Part shown: positions 1 through 12,000 of the stretch, piece after piece | Layout of the letters: each line of letters opens with the position of its first letter | Numbering within the stretch: position 1 is the stretch's first letter | Source: Callorhinchus milii | Taxonomy: Eukaryota | Direction: 5' to 3' | Assembly (NCBI RefSeq): GCF_018977255.1 | Contig: NW_024704743.1 | Coordinates: 99,450,001-99,514,000, forward strand | Length of the DNA: 64,000 bases | The notes under the pieces: model-generated | What the model saw: the letters and a program-made list of their open reading frames with translations, nothing else | Databases searched by the model: none | What the model was told of the DNA's origin: nothing | Position numbers and translations under genes: made by a program

Positions 1-512
1 CGCGGAGATCCTGAAGCAGCCATCCAGCTGCTCCATGATCGCCTCTCCTCCACCTTCAACTCCCTCGTCCCCCTGAAATCCAGGACCATCTCCAAACTCA
101 CCCGATCCCCCTGGTACAACAACCATCTCCGCCCCCAAAAAACCCAAACCCGGCTGCTTGAGCGCAGATGGCGGAAAACTGGCCTGACAGTTCACCGCCA
201 AATGTGGCTCGAGCATCTCCACAGCTACCGTTGTTCCTTGACACGTGCAAAAACGGCCTTCTACTCCAACATCATCTTGGAGGCTAAACACAACCCTAAA
301 ATCCTTTTTTCCACCACCCACTACCTCCTCCGTGCCCCCCCTCAGGCCTCCTGAATCTTCATATCAAATGCCAAGTGCGAGAAGGTCATGGACTTCTTCT
401 CATCTAAAATTCACAACATCCGCCAGGCAGCTTCATCCACCTGCCCCTTGTCACCCACCACCATACCCTCTCTGTCCCGCTCACCCTCAATCCAAGATTT
501 TGTTGTTGTTGT
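1..512 (+). mobile_element. L2 (LINE2) ORF2 fragment, region between endonuclease and RT; runs off the left edge
   Basis: Translates as SPWYNNHLRPQKTQTRLLERRWRKTGLTVHRQ...AKTAFYSNII...NPKILFST...MDFFSSKIHNIRQ, typical of the L2 tether. C-rich sense strand. Ends in an AATCCAAG-(TTG)n tail-like sequence. Confidence 0.8.
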
Positions 513-900
513 TGAAGAGTCAGCACCTTCAGGAGGAGGAGAGGGAAATTGGAACAAAATCGAGACAAAGATATTTTTCAAAATTGATTGATGTAATAAA
601 TGCAAGTGCAAAGCGATTCCTTCAATGTTTCTGCTTCATCAATGAGACAAATGCATGACAGAAACCTCCACTGGGGCTTGCGAGCCTCAGTAAGATTATA
701 ATATTGGCATGTGCCTTGACCTTAACATTAATCATATCCACATCATTTCATCAGTTCTCAAAGCCCATCTTTCACCATCAATTGCACAGCTGAAACTACT
801 GTCAGTACATATTTGAAGAATGTTGCACATCTAAGAGGCAGCACGATTACTTATTGTTAACTGTCGTTAGAAAAGGAAAGTTGCAGGACTCATTTGTACT

Positions 901-1617
901 ACAACAACAACAACAACTTGGATTTATATAGTGCCATCCATGCTGGACTGCGTCTCAGAGCGCTTCACAGTAACGGATCCCGGGGCTGAGCCAGGGGGAG
1001 GAAGGTGACCAAAGGAGCGGCCGAAAAGAAAGGTCTTCAGCAGAGACGTGAAAGTAGGAAGAGAAGGGACGAGGCGAAGGGAGTGAGGAAGGGAATTCCA
1101 GAGCCTCGGAGCATAATGGTTGAAGGCATGGCTGCTGAGGTTGGAGCGGAGGACTCGGGGGACAAGGAGGAGGCCAGACCTGGAGAAACAAAGGCAATGG
1201 GCACTGTTTTGAGGAGAGAGGAGGTCAGAGAGGTAGGGGGGGTGAGGAGGAGTGGAGGGATTTGAAGACAAGGGTGAGATCTTGAAATCGATGCTCTCTG
1301 GGACAGGGAGCCAGTGCAGTCTGGCAAGGACCGGGGTAATCAGGGAACGGTGTTTGGTGCGGGTGAGAATGCGGGCAGCAGAGTTTTAAATAATCTGGAT
1401 TTTATGGATGGTAGTGGAGGGGAGACCGGCGAGGAGGGCATTTGAATAGTCCAGCCGAGAGGTGACAAAGGCATGGACCAGGGTTTCAGCGGCTTTTGGA
1501 GAGAGGTATTGGCAGAAATTGTCGATGCGTCGGAGGTGGAAGAAAACGGTGCTGGTGAGGGACCCGATGTGGGGGAGGAAGAATAATTGGGTGTTAAACC
1601 TGACGCCAAGGTTGCGT
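901..1617 (-). mobile_element. L2 3' portion, 5'-truncated, (TTG)n tail
   Basis: Minus ORF remnants read PPYLSDLL...AFNHYAPRLWNSLPHSLR...LLKTFLF. Closely similar to the plus-strand copy at ~18470-19177. Confidence 0.9.
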
Positions 1618-3080
1618 ATCTTTAGTTTTATCTACGTGTTGGGCAAACGGGGGAAATTTAGAAATTTACCCACTTACAAACATGTCTAATTGATCATTTG
1701 TCCCTTCACACATTATTTAGGATCTTTATATTGAAGGGTTTTGAAATAAATCTTGAAAAATCCAATGAGAAAAACTTTAAATCTATTAACATATTTATTA
1801 ATCTGTACATGTGATCAAATAATCCCTATTAGGAATTGATCAAATTCATTAGTTTTTTTTGATCCGTGCACAATACTGGAAATACACTTAAAATATTAAG
1901 CACATATCTATTTATGTCTCTGCTAGGATTTAAAAAAATAAGATACCTTTCTCTGATTGATAATAATCGACTAGCTGTCCACTTTCATTTTTTTGTCTCT
2001 GTCTGTCTATCTAAGATACAATCTTACGTCAAAAACTTGTGTACTGAATTTTTCAACAAAAACTGGACATTTATAATCAATTACAGATTGAGCAAATGAG
2101 AATGTATTTTTTCCCCCCCCAATACCTGCAAAATTCAACACTAATAATAATAATTCTTGCAATTCACACAGCACATTTCTTGTCGCAAAGACATCTTAAA
2201 GCGCCTCACAGGGTTTACTGTGGAGAGCAGTGATTGAGAGGAAAATGTCTCAAAGTGCTTTACTGTGAAGAGTTTAAAATCTTGATGTGGGGTTTGAAAC
2301 CACAAGCTTCTGACTCCGAGGTGAGTGCTAACAACTGAGTCAGGCTGACACAACACAATAACCTCTTTGGTTTTCACACACATGATGTTATTAGCATAAA
2401 TCTATTCAGTACTGCTTGAAAGTTAGTTTCAAAGTATGCATTGGGAAACGTGATGGTGGACACGACTTCCGTTCTCATATTTTAAAGTTTAAACTTTTTA
2501 TAAAGTGTCTGGAACTTTGAGTTGGGGGAGGGGATGGGGTTAACAGGTGACCTTGATGAGGTGATGAATTGTAATAGAATTTGAAGTCAGACTCCAAAGG
2601 CCATCAATAGCAGCTTTGAAACTATCTTTGTGAACCAGTCTTAGCCTGTACTAATAAAAGAGATCCTTACAATAGGTGACATTCCAGGTATGATGAGGTG
2701 CTGAGAGTGAAGGTAAGCTATCATTGTTAAAGACTGAAGCTTACTTCATTACAATGCTATTGTCGGGCAGAAAACCTAGACCTGCTTTCATTCTATTCAG
2801 CTTCACCTTGAGAATGTCTTACTGGCAACACTCTTTATAAAACAGGCATAAAAGTTGAGATGTAGATTCAAAAATGCAATACACCAAATATGGAAAATTG
2901 ATTTATTTTCTTTTGACCGAGGCCTATGACTCTGAAACTACAGACTGCAGCAGCAATTCAATTCTGTTCAGTTATAAATGGGATCTTCATACGAGAATTT
3001 TTTTTAACAATTGCTGTGCCTGAACAGATGACGTACTTATTTTCAGGTGATAAAAGAATACACAATGTCTTAGTGCTTAG

Positions 3081-3379
3081 ATAATAATAATAATCCTTGC
3101 ATTTGATATCTTCTAGACGTCTCAAAGCGCTTCACAAAATATATTGTAAAGTGAATTGACTGTATATTTGTAGGCGAAACATGGCAGCCAATTGCGCACA
3201 GCAGTGTCCCACAACAGTCGTCGATTGAAGTAACCAATTTTATTAATTTTTTTCTTTAGGGATTATTATCAGGCATGTGGAGTAAGGAGACTTGCCCAAG
3301 GTTTTGTCCCACCGGGAATCAAACCCAGGTCTCTCACTTGTGAGGTGAGTGCTCTAACCACTGGATTACAGGACTACCA
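3081..3379 (-). mobile_element. tRNA-derived SINE, family A (L2-type tail, (ATT)n)
   Basis: Reverse complement matches the ~320-bp SINE repeated across the window (e.g. 35474-35787). Confidence 0.85.
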
Positions 3380-4564
3380 AAGTCCCAATGTGAGGCACAA
3401 ACCCCCAATCTTATTACTCAGAGGTAAGAATGTTACTAACTGAGCCAGCCTGATACACAAGATATCTCCATCTGGATATCCATAGGATATCTCTATCTGG
3501 AAATAATGAGCCTGTTCTAGGCAAGGATCTTACCAGAAATGCTAATCTTTCTTTCTCTTTCAATTACAGAAGATGAGAATAAGATCACACTACCCAAATG
3601 TGTTGCAGTATTCTTGGAAAGGCACAGCCTGGGGCTGTTCACATGTCCTTAGGGTAAAGCTGTAAAAGGTACAGTGGGTCTGGACTTGTCACGTTTCACA
3701 ATGCAATGTCACCTTTTTTTTCATTTGCTTGGTAACAGGAGCCTGGATCTACAGTCGAAGGAACCAAATATTTCTATCAAAATTATTAACTTTGAAGACT
3801 GTTGTAAAGGAGTGGAAATATCTGGTTCAGGTTAGATGTTTTTCGTGTGTCACATTTGTTTCCTTGTTCACCTTGAACAGCACCTGGCAAAGTTTTCGCA
3901 GCTGTGGTCTTTTGGCTTGAGACCCATGCCCTTTCATTGGTTATTTTGATGAATTAATATTGATTTTATATTTTATAAGATAAAATATAATATATTTTAT
4001 ATTTTATAAGAGGGATTTATGCAGCTTTGCTGAAAGATGTCGTGCGAGAACAATTTCCTCTTTAGACAAAAACATGGTGGTATACGACGTGAGTAATCTG
4101 AGAAATCATTGATTATTTTAATTTATGTCCCTCATTACTCAGATATAATGCTGTATCTCACATGAGAAGAGATTATGAGTTCCTGCAGCATTTTTTAAAA
4201 AGAGTTTTTTAAAATTCTAAGGTGTACAAATAGAATAGCAGGCTTGGAAATAGTAGGATATTGAAAAATAATTCAGCCTTGTTATACTTCCTGTCATTCA
4301 GTGTCTCAATATCTAGCGTTCTATCATTTCTGATTTATGTTGTATTTACCCATCTAATCTGAACTGCTATTATTCACCAATATCTGACCGAAACAACAGT
4401 AATTGAACGGAAATATTCTTGAGAGCAATTCTGATTAACAGCAAGTTACTTTTTAGAAAATTGTACTTGCTCCTAATATTCAACTGATGACCCCAAATTC
4501 TGCCCTGTCTTAGCCTGTAAGACCTTTTTCTCTTAAAATGTAAGGTTGTGCAGAACATAAGAAT

Positions 4565-4891
4565 ATAATAATAATAATAATAATAATAATCCTTGCATTT
4601 GATATAGCGGTTTCACGTTGGGAGGACGTCCCAAAGCGCTTCACAGAGCACACTGTAAAGTGAATTGACTGTATATTTGTGGGCGAACGCTGCAGCCAAT
4701 TGCGCACAGCAATGTCCCACAAACAGTCGTAGATTGAAAATGACCAATTTATTATTGTTTTTGGTTTTGAAGGGATTATTATTAGGCGTGTGGAGTAAGG
4801 AAACTTGCCCAAGGTTTCGCCCTGCCTGGAATTGAACTCAGGTCTCTCGCTTGCAAAGCGAGTACTCTAACCACTGAGCTACAGGACTCCA
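4565..4891 (-). mobile_element. SINE family A, full length, young
   Basis: Head TGGAGTCCTGTAGCTCAGTGGTTAGAG (A box) and GAGTTCAATTCC (B box); tRNA-Ala(TGC)-like arm CTCGC-TTTGCAA-GCGAG; 3' stem-loop and (ATT)n. Nearly identical to 39284-39603 and 48538-48860. Confidence 0.92.
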
Positions 4892-4892
4892 C

Positions 4893-7600
4893 CAATAAGC
4901 ATTAGAAATGCTAGACGAAAAAAGACCAAGTTTTATCTAGTTTGCCTTCCACCTTCCTGCCGGTTACATGCACAGATGTCCTGAACTACCTATGTATTTC
5001 CTGAGATGGTACTTCCTGCTTCAACCATCTTCTTAGGGAGTCTGTTCTACAGGTTCACTATTCGCTCATTGAAATAGTGTTTGAGTAGATTTGTTCTGAA
5101 TTTACCCTGCTTCAATCGCAGGCCAGCTGGTTTTTACTATTCTGGACAAGTTGAAACAGCCTGTCATGATCTATATTGTCTTGCCCCTTTAGAATCATGT
5201 TGCCTCTCGATCTTCTCTTTTCCAGCGTGAAAATGCTCAATTTACTTAGTCGCTCCTCATAATTCAATCCGTCCATTGCCTCAATCATTTTGGTTGCCCT
5301 CCTTTGTATCCTCTTGATTTCTCCAATATCCTTTTTGTACTGTGGCGACCATAACTGTACACAATATAGTCTCACCAATGATTTATACAGTGGCAGGATT
5401 ACCCCACTGTTTCGGTTTGCTATTGATCTTTTGATACATCCCAACATCTGGTTTGCTTTACTCACTGCCACAGAGCATTATTGGGAGAGCTTCAATTTAT
5501 TGTCATTCAAGACCCCAAGTCCTTTTCATTTTCCATACATATTATTTTCCTTCCGTTAAAATAATAGTCCGTTCCAGAAATTTTTGTCCCCATTTGAAGT
5601 ACTTTACATTTCTCCACATTGAATTCCTCTGCCACCAATCTGCCCAATTCCCAAGTATGTTCAAATCCTCCTGTAACCGATCTTGTTCAGCTTCGCAATC
5701 TACCACCTTCATTAGCTTGATGTCATCTGCAAACTTAATGACTCCTAGTTCCAGATCATTTATAAAAATATTAAACAAAAGAGGATCCAAAACAGACCCT
5801 TGTGGAACTCCACGGGTAACATTTTCTCAGTCTGATGACATTCCCTGTACCACCACCTTTTGGGTTCTTCCGGTCAACCAGTTGCATATTCATAGTAATA
5901 TACCTCCACTGATTTCCGCTTTCTATACTTTCAGTACCAGCCTCTCAAGAGGAACTATATCAAAGGCCTTACTGAAATCCAGATGTACAACATCCACAGC
6001 CTTACTCTTATCAAATTCCCTTGTCACACCATCAAAGAAAACCAGTAAATTAGATTGGCAAGACATCCTCTTCATGAACCCATATTGGCTATCATTTGTG
6101 ATTTCATTTCTGTCCAGATGCTCCATGATTTTATCTTTAATAAGAGTCTCCACAATTTTACCCACAATGGACATCAAACTTACTGGTCTATAGTTTCCTG
6201 GGTCACTTTTGTTACCTTTCTTAAAAATAGGAGTAATATCTGCCTTTCCCTAGTCCCTTGGCACCTCTTCAGTATTCAGTGATTTTTGAAAGATTTGTGC
6301 CAGCGTTTCTGCGACTTCCTCCCTTAGTTCCTTAAAGATCCTCGGATGCAATTTATCCGTACCCTGAGATTTATTTATCTTAAGTTTGTATAATTGTTTG
6401 ACAATGGTGCTGGTAGTGATATGAATCATGTCGCAACTTTTCTTTGCGACATCCTTGAGTTCTCTTTCCAGATCAGATAGGTTCCCCAACTCCTCCTTGG
6501 TAAAGACTGATGCAAAAAACATATTTAGCACTATTGCAGCCTGAGCAGCATTATTTGTCATGTTCTCTCTCAAACCCACCTTCAGTTTCCCTATTCCATT
6601 GCTTGTTTTCCTTTTACTCTTAATGTAACTAAAACACTTTTTACTATTATCCTTCACATCTGTTACCATGTTCATTTCAAGCTTTTCTTTCACATTCTGA
6701 TGCTTTTTTTTTGTAGTACTGGCATGTCTTTCTGGTATTGACTCTGACATAATTCAGTGCCAGTTATGTTATGATGAACCTTTATAAAATACTGGTTAGG
6801 CTTCAGCTAGAGCACTGTGTTCAGTTCTGGACACCACACTTCAGGAAGGATGTCAAGGCATTGGAGAGGATGCAAAGGAGATTTACCAGGATGGTACCAG
6901 GAATGAGGGACTTCAGTTAGCAGGAGAGACTAGGGATGCTAGGATTATTTTCCTTGGAGCAGAGAAGGTTAAGAGGAGACTTAATAGAAGTTTTCAAAAT
7001 TGTGAGGGGATTCAATAGGGTGAACAAGGAGAAATTATTTCCACTTGCGAGTGGGTCGGTAATCCGAGGGCACCGATTTAAAATTGTTAAAATAAACAGA
7101 GGGGAGGTGAAGAGAATTTTTTTCACACAGCAAGTTGTTTGGATCTGGAATGCATTGCCTGAAAGGGTAGTGAAAACCAATTCAATAACAACTTTTAAGA
7201 GAGAAGTAGCTAATTATTTGGGGAGGACAAGTTTGCAGGGCTATGGGGAGAGAGTGGGGGAGTGGGATTGAATTGGATAGCTCTTTTCAAAGAGTCGGCA
7301 CAGACACGATGGGCTGAATGGCCTCCTTCTGTGCTGTATAATACTATGATTGTATGATTTTCCTTCATGGCCTTAAATACCTTTTATTTCCTCTTTATGA
7401 TTTGCTTTGTAACCCCATCCAACCAGGCAGGAGTGCCTTTAAGCTTGGTACGTTTGCTTTGCATGATACACATTGTTCCATTGCCTCATAATCAGATCCT
7501 TGAAGGAACTCCATAGGTTCTTCACTCCCACTGCCATTTTTAAATCTGCCAGGCCCCTCCGACTAGACTTCTCAAGCTCACAGAATTTTTGAAAATCCTT
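4893..7600 (-). mobile_element. CR1 LINE relic (RT pseudogene), interrupted by a second CR1 at ~6762-7359
   Basis: Minus ORF fragments: QYGFMKRMSCQSNLLVFF...VDVVHLDFSKAFDIVP; PLLFNIFINDL...KFADDIKL; LYKSLVRLYCVQLWSPQYKKDI...IQRRATKMI. Upstream GTPAWLDG...IIKRK continues beyond 7360. Frameshifted. Confidence 0.9.
6762..7359 (+). mobile_element. CR1 3' end nested in the opposite-strand CR1
   Basis: LGLFSLEQRRLRGDLIEVFKIVRG...FFTQQVVWIWNALP; 3' UTR GATGGGCTGAATGGCCTCCTTCTGTGCTG followed by an (ATGATT)-like tail. Confidence 0.9.
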
Positions 7601-7618
7601 AAATTCAGCCTTAAAATC

Positions 7619-7863
7619 GCAGGGCGAAACATTGGGCAGGTTTCCTTATTCCACACGCCAGATAATAATCCCTTAAAAAAACAACAAAATTGGTCACTTC
7701 AATCCACTACTGTTTGTGGGACACTGCTGTGCGCAATTGGGTGCTGAGTTTTACCCACAAATATACAGTCAATTCACTTTACAGTATATTCTGTGAAGCG
7801 CTTCAAGACGTCTAGAAGATGTGAAAAGCGCTATATCAAATGCAAGGGTTATTATTATTATTA
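7619..7863 (+). mobile_element. SINE family A, 5'-truncated
   Basis: Matches the family A body and tail (ACGTC-TAGAA-GATGT loop variant). Confidence 0.85.
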
Positions 7864-9060
7864 ATTTGGAGACTGGTCCTTTTCAAGAACTGTGGAAAGT
7901 CATCTTCCAAATTAAGACTGAATTAAAGAAGTTCCATAACTCTACTTCATCTTAAATCTTAAGCAAAGCCCAAATACTTTTGTACAATTGATCACGTGTG
8001 GTTTTCCTTAGACATTACTGGAAATAGCTGATAATAAAATAAGTCTTGACATACAGATATTTCACTGTTATACTTTTTTTTAATCAAAGCCATTCTCCTT
8101 ATTATAATTTCTTGCTTTATTTTCTGACTTTCACTCTCAGTCAATTTTCCTTGTGAAGTTTGCTATTCTCTACTCTTTTCATTTCTCAGAAGCCCATGAG
8201 ATGTAAAAGGCTCAATACAATTTCATGATATTAACTCCATTCATTTTGAAGAAATAGTGTGCATTTCAACATCCCTAGGCTTCATTATGCAACAACAGAC
8301 ATTTAAGCCAACAGTTGTAATCACAATTAACCACTGAAACAAACTAGAAATGAAACCCTAGGCCCCTATAAATGCCCAGGAGGAATACTGACAGCAGCAC
8401 TGGACTGATAAATAGTATGCTTGCCTGAAAGTACCAGTAAGCAATGCTTTGAAGAACATGAAATGGACTTCCTAGGGGAGGTTTATATCTGCGAGCATAG
8501 TACCCGAACCACAGAGTCATGAGAAAGGTCTGGAGGAGACCACATGTAGTATTTTAGTCATCAATAAGGGAAGGGTTGGTATTCACAGTCCAGTGTCTTA
8601 GAAACATGAGGGAAAATACATTAGTTCCCAACCAAACAATGGGGATTAAATTGCAGGTATTTCTAAACAGATTTTCTCGTAAGAAAAATATAATTAACAG
8701 ATGAATTTCTGTAATATCAAGTCTTTATAGCATGACAGTGAGTGAACTGAAAACCAGTCGGCTGACAGATACAGGTATCTGCGTAGATGTACAATAATAA
8801 TAATCCTTGTATTTGAATCAATGCATTGTTCCAGCATCACAATGTCTCAAATGGTTTCATAGGATTTTACCTTAAAGTGCAGTGTATTTGTAGGTAAACA
8901 CAACAACAAATTTGCACACAGTAATATGCCACAAACAGTTATGAGGTGAATGAATCTGGAGGATTGCTGGCCAGAATAAAAAAACTCCCTTATCCTTTTA
9001 ATAGTGCCATGGAACCTTTAACATCTACTTGAACAGGCAGACTGGACCTCAATTTAACTT

Positions 9061-9368
9061 GTGGAGTCCTGTAGCTCAGTGGTTAGAGCACTCGCTTTGC
9101 AAGCGAGAGAACTGAGTTCAATTCCAGGCAGGGCGAAACCACACGCCTAATAATAATCCCTCCAAAACCAAAAACAATGATAAATTGGTCATTTTCAATC
9201 TACGACTGTTTGTGGGACATTGCTGTGTGCAATTGGCTGCCGCGTTCGCCCACAAATATACAGTCAATTCACTTTACAGTGTGTTCTGTGAAGTGCTTTG
9301 GGACGTCCTCCCGACGTGAAAAGCGCTATATCAAATGCAAGGATTATTATTATTATTACTATTATAAT
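9061..9368 (+). mobile_element. SINE family A with a ~20-bp internal deletion
   Basis: Full head and tail present; lacks the TTGGGCAAGTTTCCTTACTCC segment seen in sister copies. Confidence 0.9.
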
Positions 9369-9840
9369 ATTGCATCAAAGGATGACACCTCTGACTCTCA
9401 CACTCCCCCCACGCCCCCCAGCACTGCAACAAAGTGTCAGCCTGGACTATGAGTTGAAAGTCATGATCTGGGCCAATAGAAAAGTGCAGAAATATTTGCA
9501 AAAAATTGTGGAGCACTTTGCAAAATCCACGGGGCATTGTGGGGGAATTTTTTAAATTTTGCCGGAAATTGCAGAGGGGATTAATTGGTGCTATTGAGAG
9601 ATGCATTTTGCTGCTAACCTACATTTTTTCTCTTTTTTCATTTTTAAAAACTACACGTGAAGAAATAACACATCATAGATTATTAAAAAAAACAGCTTAT
9701 TAATGTTTTCTTTAACAAAAACAGAACATAACACCTTTCAAAAGATGCAAAAGTGCAGTTTCAACACAGTAGGTAAAGAAATTAAAATTTTCAAAATCAA
9801 ATTTTCATAGAAACAAACAAAAAAATTCTCAGCCAAAAGT

Positions 9841-11844
9841 TTAGTGCTGGTTAAATTTTAACATGAGAGGAATCTTTATATTTTCTTCTGTTAGGCTTTG
9901 TCTATTATCTTTGAGGAGGTCTGAATAAACAGAAAATTACCTTTCAACGTCAGTTGTGCTCATTGGTAGCCAAATGTATCACACAAGTTTCACAAGTGGC
10001 TCAGGCTGAGCTCCCCACAATGCTGCTATTTTGTGTTAACTGGGATATTTTCTCCAGCTGCTTTATAAGTGTGCCATTCGAAGTTTGAAATAGTTGAAAG
10101 GGCAGGAATCACATTACTATATAAGTCTTTTTCTGCATCCACTGATGCTAGCTAGTGAGGATCAAAAATACGAACTGCTTTATAGGTAGCAATTGACGGA
10201 TGCTTTTTCAAAATCAATCCCGACTTTTCACTGGTGTCTTGCAGGATTCTCTGGAAAAGGTTGTCACATGCCTCTCTCTCACTCTCAGAACAGGCTGCCA
10301 ACTTTTTTTACTGTCTTTGTTCTGTACTTCTGTGCTCTAACAGTGGCACAGAAATCGATAAACAAATGTAAATTTTGCACCCATAAGTACAGTTTGTGGC
10401 CCTGAGGCACAGCTGTTGCCTGACATTCTTCAATGAGTTTTATGAGATCAGGTGAGTGCTCTGTGACAAAGGTTGCTTGGACTTGCATCTTTGCAGCGTT
10501 GTTGTTCAAGAGCGTTTTCAGTTTTTTCGCTGCTAAAGCCTTGAATTCCTTGAAGAAATTCTGCCATGACCGGCAAGTACTCATAGAAATATTCAACAAC
10601 CTTCACCCAGGAGCACCAATGCATCTGAACAGCAAAGCCTGGCATCTGTTGTTTAACTCCATCGTTCTCCATAAATTCCAAGTATTGTCGGTGCATTGGA
10701 CTTTGGCAGAAGACTTTCTTGAGCATAGCAACCACTGCATTTAAGTCCTCCAGTATAACAGGCCAAATTTCCAAAATCAAATTCAGAAGATGGGCAATTC
10801 ATGTCTGTTGCAACTGCAAACACTTTATCAGAGTTAAATATTTTTACATTTAAGACTCTTAGAAGAGCTTGTGACACAGTGGCGTGGTTGACTCGCTGCA
10901 ACAATTCTACTCCAATAAGAAGAGGCTTCTCCCCAACTTGTTGCAGTGGTTGTGCCAGCGCAGCCAGAACACTGCGCCCACTGGAATCAGTGATCTCATC
11001 CAGGAACATCCATATCCTCAATACGTTTCTTCAAAAATGCTTCATGCTCAGGAGTAAGCTCCTTCAAGTATGTATTATGAAGCTTTAATGGTGTTGGAAT
11101 AGTCCCTTCTTGTTTTGTGTACTTGCATAGAAACTCTTGAAAGGCAGGAGCTTTTTCAAGTGGTATGTCTTCTACGACCAGGGCTCCCTTGGCCTCCTCG
11201 TCCTCCTTGACCTCTCTGCTGTTTTCGACACCTTCGACCACTCTATCCTCATCCACCGCCTCTACTCTCAACTCACGGTGCATCCCTTGATTGGTTCAGA
11301 TCATACCTCTCACACTGCCTGCACTTCAGCTCCTCGTCTGCTCCAGTTAAACAGCACACATTATGAATTCTTTCCTCTCCATAAATGAAGCAGTGGTTCC
11401 AGAAAAGCAGAGCAAGTTGTCTCCAGATCCACCTATAAAGGAAAAAATAAAAATTGATCTTCATGATGCATTTGTCATTAGAAGCGTTCTGTCTATTTGT
11501 TTTTGTTTGTTGTGGTTGTTTTATGTGCTTTTAAAATTCAATCAAAAAGGAGGGAGATTAACATTTGTAATCATACAAATTAAGATTTTCTTTCAAAATT
11601 ATAATGAAAGAAAATAATTATACATTTTCATCTAATATATATATGAAAAGTATTTTACCTTATTTTTTTTCTTTATTGCCGTTGCCTTGAGTTCACAATG
11701 TTTCTGAGATTTCATGTGCTCATCAAAGGTATATTTGCAAACATGGTCAATTGTTTGACAGCAAACGCAGCAAAACAAGACAGACAGAACATGAGATGTG
11801 CTGCCCCTTGGCTTCCTGATGGGATTTACAAAAACTTTGGACAT
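9841..11844 (-). pseudogene. hAT transposase pseudogene with CGGBP1-like zinc finger, DDE core and C-terminal dimerisation region
   Basis: Fragments in order: LFCCVCCQTIDHVCKYTFDEHMKSQKH (zinc finger); GADIPLEKAPAFQEFLCKYTKQEGTIP..LHNTYL; IWMFLDEITDSSGRSV; VFAVATD; AHLLNL; PGFAVQMHWCSWVKVVEYFYEY; IWLPMSTTDVER*FSVYSDLLKDNRQSLTEENIK...FNQH* (stop 9841-9843). Disrupted by frameshifts, stops, a deletion and an L2 insertion. Confidence 0.88.
11171..11335 (+). mobile_element. Internal L2 RT fragment inserted in the transposase
   Basis: DQGSLGLLVLLDLSAVFDTFDHSILIHRL matches L2 at ~26705-26877. Flanked by GTCT at 11167-11170 and 11336-11339. Confidence 0.85.
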
Positions 11845-12000
11845 TTTTGTATTGTACAACCTAAAAAGTGAAACAACTGATTAAAACTATAGGTATATAT
11901 TTCCTGAAAATGTAGTCTTCTTTAAAATACTAAATATTTTCATTTGATTAGTACAGCATTTACCAAGAATGTGTCCAGGACTGTGTGATGCAGCTGCTTT

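Noticed and set aside
5453..6193. Longest ORF in the track (246 aa, plus strand)
   Set aside because: It is the antisense shadow of the minus-strand CR1 RT, not a gene.
9061..9135. tRNA-Ala(TGC)-like sequences at SINE heads
   Set aside because: There is no proper acceptor stem and they always continue into the SINE body, so they are not tRNA genes.
9841..11844. Functional CGGBP1 gene or active transposase
   Set aside because: In-frame stops (e.g. DVER*FS), frameshifts, a deletion after VATD and an L2 insertion; it lies between TIRs. No gene symbol assigned.
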